Shown here piece by piece: positions 57,601 to 64,000 of a stretch of DNA of 64,000 nucleotides. The stretch is from contig OZ024742.1 of NCBI GenBank assembly GCA_964016885.1, positions 373,302,001-373,366,000 of the forward strand, written 5' to 3'. The stretch's first letter is position 1. Each line of letters opens with the position of its first letter. A program made the position numbers and the translations under genes. Below the pieces are notes generated by a model. That model made no database searches. It saw nothing but the letters and a program-made list of their open reading frames with translations, and was not told where the DNA came from. Source of the stretch: Eledone cirrhosa (Eukaryota).

Positions 57601-58906
57601 CTCTGATAGTCCCACAAGCCACATATTAGTCTGATAGTCCCACAAGTCACATACCTCTGATAGTCCCACAAGCCACATATTAGTCTGATAGTCCCACAAG
57701 TCACATACCTTTGATAGTCCCACAAGCCACATATTAATCTGATAGTCCCACAAGCCACATATTAGTCTGATAGTCCCACAAGCCACATACCTCTGATAGT
57801 CCCACAAGCCACATACCTCTGATAGTCCCACAAGCCACATACCTCTGATAGTCCCACAAACCACATACCTCTGATAGTCCCACAAGTCACATACCTCTGA
57901 TAGTCCTACAAGCCACATATTAATCTGATAGTCCCACAAGCCACATACTTCTGATAGTCCCACAAGCCACATACCTCTGATAGTCCCACAAGTCACATAC
58001 CTCTGATAGTCCTACAAGCCACATATTAATCTGATAGTCCCACAAGCCACATACCTCTGATAGTCCCACAAGCCACATACCTCTGATAGTCCCACACGCA
58101 ACATATTAGTCTGATAGTCCCACAAGCCACATACTTCTGATAGTCCCACAAGCCACATACCTCTGATAGTCTCACAAGCCACATATTAGTCTGATAGTCC
58201 CACAAGCCACATATTTCTGATAGTCCCACAAGTTATATACCTCTGATAGTCCCACAAGTCACATACCTCTTATAGTCCCAGAAACCACATACTTCTGATA
58301 GTCCCATAAGCCACATATTAATCTGATAGTCCCACAAGCCACATACCTCTGATAGTCCCACAAGCCACATACCTCTGATAGTCACACAAGCCACATATTA
58401 GTCTGATAGTCCCACAAGTGACATACCTCTGATAGTCCCACAAACCACATATTAGTCTGATAGTTCCACAAGCCACATACCTCTGATAGTCCCACAAGCC
58501 ACATACCTCTGATAGTCCCACAAGCCACATACCTCTGATAGTCCCACAAGCCACATATTAGTCTGATAGTCCCATAAGCCACATACCTCTGATAGTCCCA
58601 CAAGCCACATACCTCTGATAGTCCCACAAGCCACATACCTCTGATAGTCCCACAAGCCACATACCTCTGATAGTCCCACAAGCCACATATTAGTCTGATA
58701 GTCCCACAAGTGACATACCTCTGATAGTCCCACAAACCACATATTAGTCTGATAGTTCCACAAGCCACATACCTCTGATAGTCCCACAAGCCACATATTA
58801 GTCTGATAGTCCCACAGGTCACATATCTCTGATAGTCCCACAAGCCACATACCTCTGATAGTCCCACAAGCCACATACCTCTGATAGTCCCACAAGCCAC
58901 ATACCT
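51970..58906. repeat. 3429-bp tandem duplication overlapping the second 4179-bp copy
   Basis: ORF pairs 52238/55667, 52677/56106, 53773/57202, 54597/58026 and 54889/58318 differ by 3429. The aaacgaca marker is at about 52544 and 55973. Confidence 0.93.
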
Positions 58907-59879
58907 CTGATAGTCCCACAAGCCACATATTAGTCTGATAGTTCCACAGGCCACATACCTCTGATAGTCCCACAAGCCACATATTAGTCTGATAGTCCCA
59001 CAAGCCAGAGGGCTCTGATAGTCCCACAAGCCACATACCTCTGATTGTCCCACAAGCCACATACTGCTGATAGTCCCACAAGCCACATATTGGTCTGATA
59101 GTCCCTCAAGTCACATACCTCTGATAGTCCCACAAGCCACATACCTCTGATAGTCCATCAAGCCACATACCTCTGATAGTCCCACAAGCCACATACCTCT
59201 GATAGTCCCACAAGCCACATATTAGTCTGATAGTCCCACAAGCCACATACCTCTGATAGTCCCACAAGCCACATATTAGTGTGATAGTCCCACAAGCCAC
59301 ATACCTCTGATAGTCCCACAAGCCACATATTAGTCTGATAGTCCCACAAGCGACATACCTCTGATAGTCCCACAAGCCACATACCTCTGATAGTCCCACA
59401 TGTCACATACCTACGATAGTCCCACAAGCCACATATTAGTCTGATAGTCTTACAAGCCACATACCTCTGATAGTCCCACAAGTCATATACCTCTGATATT
59501 CTCACAAGCCACATATTAGTCTGATAGTCCCACAAGCCACATATTAGTCTGATAGTCCCACAAACCACATAGTTCTGATAGTCCCACAAGCCACATATAA
59601 GTATCATAGTCCCACAAGCCACATACTGCTGATAGTCCCACAAGCCACATATTGGTCTGATAGTCCCACAAGTCACATCCCTCTGATAGTCCCATAAGCC
59701 ACATATTAATCTGATAGTCCCACAAGCCACATACATCTCATAGTCCCACAAGCCACATACCTCTGATAGTCCCACAAACCACATATTAGTCTGATAGTTC
59801 CACAAGCAACATACCTCTGATAGTCCCACAAGCCAGATAATTGTCTGATAGTCCCACAGGTCACATATCTCTGATAGTC

Positions 59880-62800
59880 CCACAAGCCACATACCTCTGA
59901 TAGTCCCACAAGCCACATACCTCTGATAGTCCCACAAGTCACATACCTCTGATAGTCCTACAAGCCACATATTAATCTGATAGTCCCACAAGCCACATAC
60001 TTCTGATAGTCCCACAAGCCACATACCTCTGATAGTCCCACAAGTCACATACCTCTGATAGTCCTACAAGCCACATATTAATCTGATAGTCCCACAAGCC
60101 ACATACCTCTGATAGTCCCACAAGCCACATACCTCTGATAGTCCCACACGCAACATATTAGTCTGATAGTCCCACAAGCCACATACTTCTGATAGTCCCA
60201 CAAGCCACATACCTCTGATAGTCTCACAAGCCACATATTAGTCTGATAGTCCCACAAGCCACATATTTCTGATAGTCCCACAAGTTATATACCTCTGATA
60301 GTCCCACAAGTCACATACCTCTTATAGTCCCAGAAACCACATACTTCTGATAGTCCCATAAGCCACATATTAATCTGATAGTCCCACAAGCCACATACCT
60401 CTGATAGTCCCACAAGCCACATACCTCTGATAGTCACACAAGCCACATATTAGTCTGATAGTCCCACAAGTGACATACCTCTGATAGTCCCACAAACCAC
60501 ATATTAGTCTGATAGTTCCACAAGCCACATACCTCTGATAGTCCCACAAGCCACATACCTCTGATAGTCCCACAAGCCACATATTAGTCTGATAGTCCCA
60601 CAAGCCACATACCTCTGATAGTCCCACAAGCCACATACCTCTGATAGTCCCACAAGCCACATACCTCTGATAGTCCCACAAGCCACATACCTCTGATAGT
60701 CCCACAAGCCACATATTAGTCTGATAGTCCCACAAGTGACATACCTCTGATAGTCCCACAAACCACATATTAGTCTGATAGTTCCACAAGCCACATACCT
60801 CTGATAGTCCCACAAGCCACATATTAGTCTGATAGTCCCACAGGTCACATATCTCTGATAGTCCCACAAGCCACATACCTCTGATAGTCCCACAAGCCAC
60901 ATACCTCTGATAGTCCCACAAGCCACATACCTCTGATAGTCCCACAAGCCACATATTAGTCTGATAGTTCCACAGGCCACATACCTCTGATAGTCCCACA
61001 AGCCACATATTAGTCTGATAGTCCCACAAGCCAGAAAGCTCTGATAGTCCCACAAGCCACATACCTCTGATAGTCCCACAAGCCACATACTGCTGATAGT
61101 CCCACAAGCCACATATTGGTCTGATAGTCCCTCAAGTCACATACCTCTGATAGTCCCACAAGCCACATACCTCTGATAGTCCATCAAGCCACATACCTCT
61201 GATAGTCCCACAAGCCACATACCTCTGATAGTCCCACAAACCACATATTAGTCTGATAGTCCCACAAGCCACATACCTCTGATAGTCCCACAAGCCACAT
61301 ATTAGTGTGATAGTCCCACAAGCCACATACCTACGATAGTCCCACAAGCCACATATTAGTCTGATAGTCTTACAAGCCACATACCTCTGATAGTCCCACA
61401 AGTCACATACCTCTGATAGTCCCACAAGCCACATATTAGTCTGATAGTCCCACAAGCCACATATTAGTCTGATAGTCCCACAAACCACATAGTTCTGATA
61501 GTCCCACAAGCCACATATAAGTATCATAGTCCCACAAGCCACATACTGCTGATAGTCCCACAAGCCACATATTGGTCTGATAGTCCCACAAGTCACATAC
61601 CTCTGATAGTCCCATAAGCCACATATTAATCTGATAGTCCCACAAGCCACATACATCTGATAGTCCCACAAGCCACATACCTCTGATAGTCCCACAAACC
61701 ACATATTAGTCTGATAGTTCCACAAGCCACATACCTCTGATAGTCCCACAAGCCAGATAATTGTCTGATAGTCCCACAGGTCACATATCTCTGATAGTCC
61801 CACAAGCCACATACCTCTGATAGTCCCACAAGCCACATACCTCTGATAGTCCCACAAGCCACATACCTCTGATAGTCTCACAAGCCACATACCTCTGATA
61901 GTCCCACTAGCCACATACCTCTGACAGTCCCACAAGCTACATACCTCTCATAGTCCCACAAGCCACATACCTCTCATAGTCCAACACGCCACATATTAGT
62001 TTGATAGTCCCACAAGCCACATACCTCTGATAGTCCCACAAACCACATACCTCTGATAGTCCCACAAGCCACATATTAGTCTGATAGTCCCACAGGTCAC
62101 ATACTTCTGATAGTCCCACAAACCACATATCTCTGATAGTCCCACAAGCCACATATTAGTCTGATAGTCCATCAAGCCACATACCTCTGATAGTCCCACA
62201 AGCCACATACCTCTGATAGTCCCACAAGTCACATACCTCTGATAGTCCCACAAGTCACATACCTCTGATAGTCCCACAAGCCACATACCTCTGATAGTAC
62301 CACAAGCCACATACCTCTGATTGTCCCACAAGCCACATACCTCTGATAGTCCCACAAGGCACATACCTTTGATAGTCCCACAAGCCACATATTAGTCTGA
62401 TAGTCCCACAAGCCACATACCTCTGATAGTCCCACAAGCCACATATTAGTCTGATAGTCCCACAAGTCACATACCTCTGATTGTCCCACAAGCCACATAT
62501 TAGTCTGATAGTCCCACCAGTCACATACCTCTGATAGTCTTACAAGCCACATATTAGTATGATAGTCCCACAAGCCACATGCCTCTGATAGTCCCACAAG
62601 CCACATATTAGTCTGATAGTCCCACAAGTCACATACCTCTGATAGTCCCACAAGCCACATATTAGTCTGATACTCCCACAAATCACATACCTTTGATAGT
62701 CCCACAAGCCACATATTAATCTGATAGTCCCACAAGCCACATATTAGACTGATAGTCCCACAAGCCACATACCTCTGATAGTCCCACAAGCCACATACCT

Positions 62801-64000
62801 CTGATAGTCCCACAAGCCACATACCTCTGATAGTCCCACAAGCCACATACCTCTGATAGTCCCACAAGTCACATACCTTTGGTAGTCCTACAAGCAACAT
62901 ATTAATCTGATAGTCCCACAAACCACATACCTCTGATAGTCCCACACGCAACATATTAGTCTGATAGTCCCACAAGCCACATACTTCTGATAGTCCCACA
63001 AGCCACATATTAGTCTGATAGTCCCACAAGTGACATACCTCTGATAGTCCCACAAGCCACATACCTCTGATAGTCCCACAAGCCACATACCTCTGATAGT
63101 CCCACAAGCCACATACCTCTGATAGTCCCACAAGCCACATATTAGTCTGATAGTTCCACAGGCCACATACCTCTGATAGTCCCACAAGCCACATATTAGT
63201 CTGATAGTCCCACAAGCCAGAAAGCTCTGATAGTCCCACAAGCCACATACCTCTGATAGTCCCACAAGCCACATACTGCTGATAGTCCCACAAGCCACAT
63301 ATTGGTCTGATAGTCCCTCAAGCCACATACCTCTGATAGTCCATCAAGCCACATACCTCTGATAGTCCCACAAGCCACATACCTCTGATAGTCCCACAAG
63401 CAACATATTAGTCTGATAGTCCCACAAGCCACATACCTCTGATAGTCCCACAAGCCACATAACTCTGATAGTCCATCAAGCCACATACCTCTGATAGTCC
63501 CACAAGCCACATATTAGTCTGATAGTCCCACAAGCGACATACCTCTGATAGTCCCACAAGCCACATACCTCTGATAGTCCCACATGTCACATACCTACGA
63601 TAGTCCCACAAGCCACATATTAGTCTGATAGTCTTACAAGCCACATACCTCTGATAGTCCCACAAGTCATATACCTCTGATATTCCCACAAGCCACATAT
63701 TAGTCTGATAGTCCCACAAGCCACATATTAGTCTGATAGTCCCACAAACCACATAGTTCTGATAGTCCCACAAGCCACATATAAGTATCATAGTCCCACA
63801 AGCCACATACTGCTGATAGTCCCACAAGCCACATATTGGTCTGATAGTCCCACAAGTCACATACCTCTGATAGTCCCATAAGCCACATATTAATCTGATA
63901 GTCCCACAAGCCACATACATCTGATAGTCCCACAAGCCACATACCTCTGATAGTCCCACAAACCACATATTAGTCTGATAGTTCCACAAGCCACATACCT
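59880..64000. repeat. Copy of about 4.1 kb of region 36350-40570, offset 23536 then 23428 bp
   Basis: ORF pairs 36542/60078, 36834/60370, 37596/61132, 38693/62229 and 39352/62888 differ by 23536. Pairs 39768/63196 and 40272/63700 differ by 23428, a 108-bp loss equal to two A+B dimers. Confidence 0.9.

Larger units (their letters stand above)
1..64000. repeat. Tandem satellite array of interspersed 26-bp (TACCT+CTGATAGTCCCACAAGCCACA) and 28-bp (TATTAGT+CTGATAGTCCCACAAGCCACA) monomers, single orientation, running off both ends of the window
   Basis: Read directly: 1-26 and 27-52 are type A and 53-80 is type B. The same core with occasional substitutions continues to 64000 without interruption. 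Every ORF translation is built from the same few peptide blocks. Confidence 0.99.

Noticed and set aside
227-63989. Hundreds of minus-strand ORFs of 60-390 aa as protein-coding genes
   Set aside because: They overlap in all three frames and are permutations of the translated monomer. The 26/28-bp units are not multiples of 3, variants show no codon-position bias that I can see, and there are no unique domains.
1-64000. CRISPR array (constant 21-bp repeat plus variable spacer)
   Set aside because: Linkers are only 5 or 7 nt, fall into two recurring families and are not unique spacers. The repeat is not palindromic, and there is no leader or cas gene.
1-64000. Array freshly synthesised by telomerase or another reverse transcriptase from a short template, or a rolling-circle concatemer
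   Set aside because: Variants are inherited in ordered multi-kb blocks with nested, differing periods. That indicates DNA-level duplication, not independent templated additions or copying of one circle.
25780-64000. Large near-identical blocks as pure assembly artefacts
   Set aside because: The copies differ by private SNVs and whole-monomer indels in a hierarchically consistent pattern. Individual young duplications such as the 1542-bp one cannot be fully excluded as artefacts without reads.
1-64000. Assignment to a known satellite (alpha satellite, HSat, great-ape 32-bp subterminal satellite, mouse major or minor satellite)
   Set aside because: Monomer length and sequence do not match those consensus sequences as I recall them, and no database search was possible.
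1-64000. Canonical G-quadruplex or hairpin-forming array
   Set aside because: The minus strand has only one GGG and two GG runs per A monomer, so G3 tracts are 23 or more nt apart. No substantial inverted repeat is visible.
1-64000. Helical or nucleosome phasing (26 bp is about 2.5 turns; six monomers are about 160 bp)
   Set aside because: This is a numerical coincidence only. There are no phased A-tracts and no consistent six-monomer period in the A/B string.
1-64000. Embedded transposons, RNA genes, inversions or unique islands
   Set aside because: None seen. Every line examined conforms to the monomer in the same orientation.

Overview
The whole 64-kb window is one uninterrupted head-to-tail satellite/minisatellite array of roughly 2,400 monomers (64,000 divided by about 26.6 bp). 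I see no unique sequence, gene, RNA gene, transposon or inversion. Each monomer has a 21-bp core, CTGATAGTCCCACAAGCCACA, preceded by a 5-bp TACCT linker (26-bp type A) or a 7-bp TATTAGT linker (28-bp type B). All listed ORFs are on the minus strand and are by-products of the repeat. The plus strand has TGA-TAG in every monomer, while the minus strand of the A consensus has no stop in any frame. The interesting signal is the higher-order architecture. Ordered strings of point-variant monomers recur as cassettes. Duplications are nested, with offsets of 292, 316, 744, 1118/1144, 1510, 1542, 2520, 2822/2825, 3006, 3429, 4179, 5956/6008, 11529/11583 and 23428/23536 bp. Two variant-defined domains meet at about 20-25 kb, and monomer length is almost perfectly conserved. 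The organisation resembles eukaryotic centromeric, pericentromeric or subtelomeric satellite. I do not recognise the family or organism and cannot support a novel protein-coding or CRISPR-like system. Breakpoints were read by eye and are approximate to about one or two monomers.
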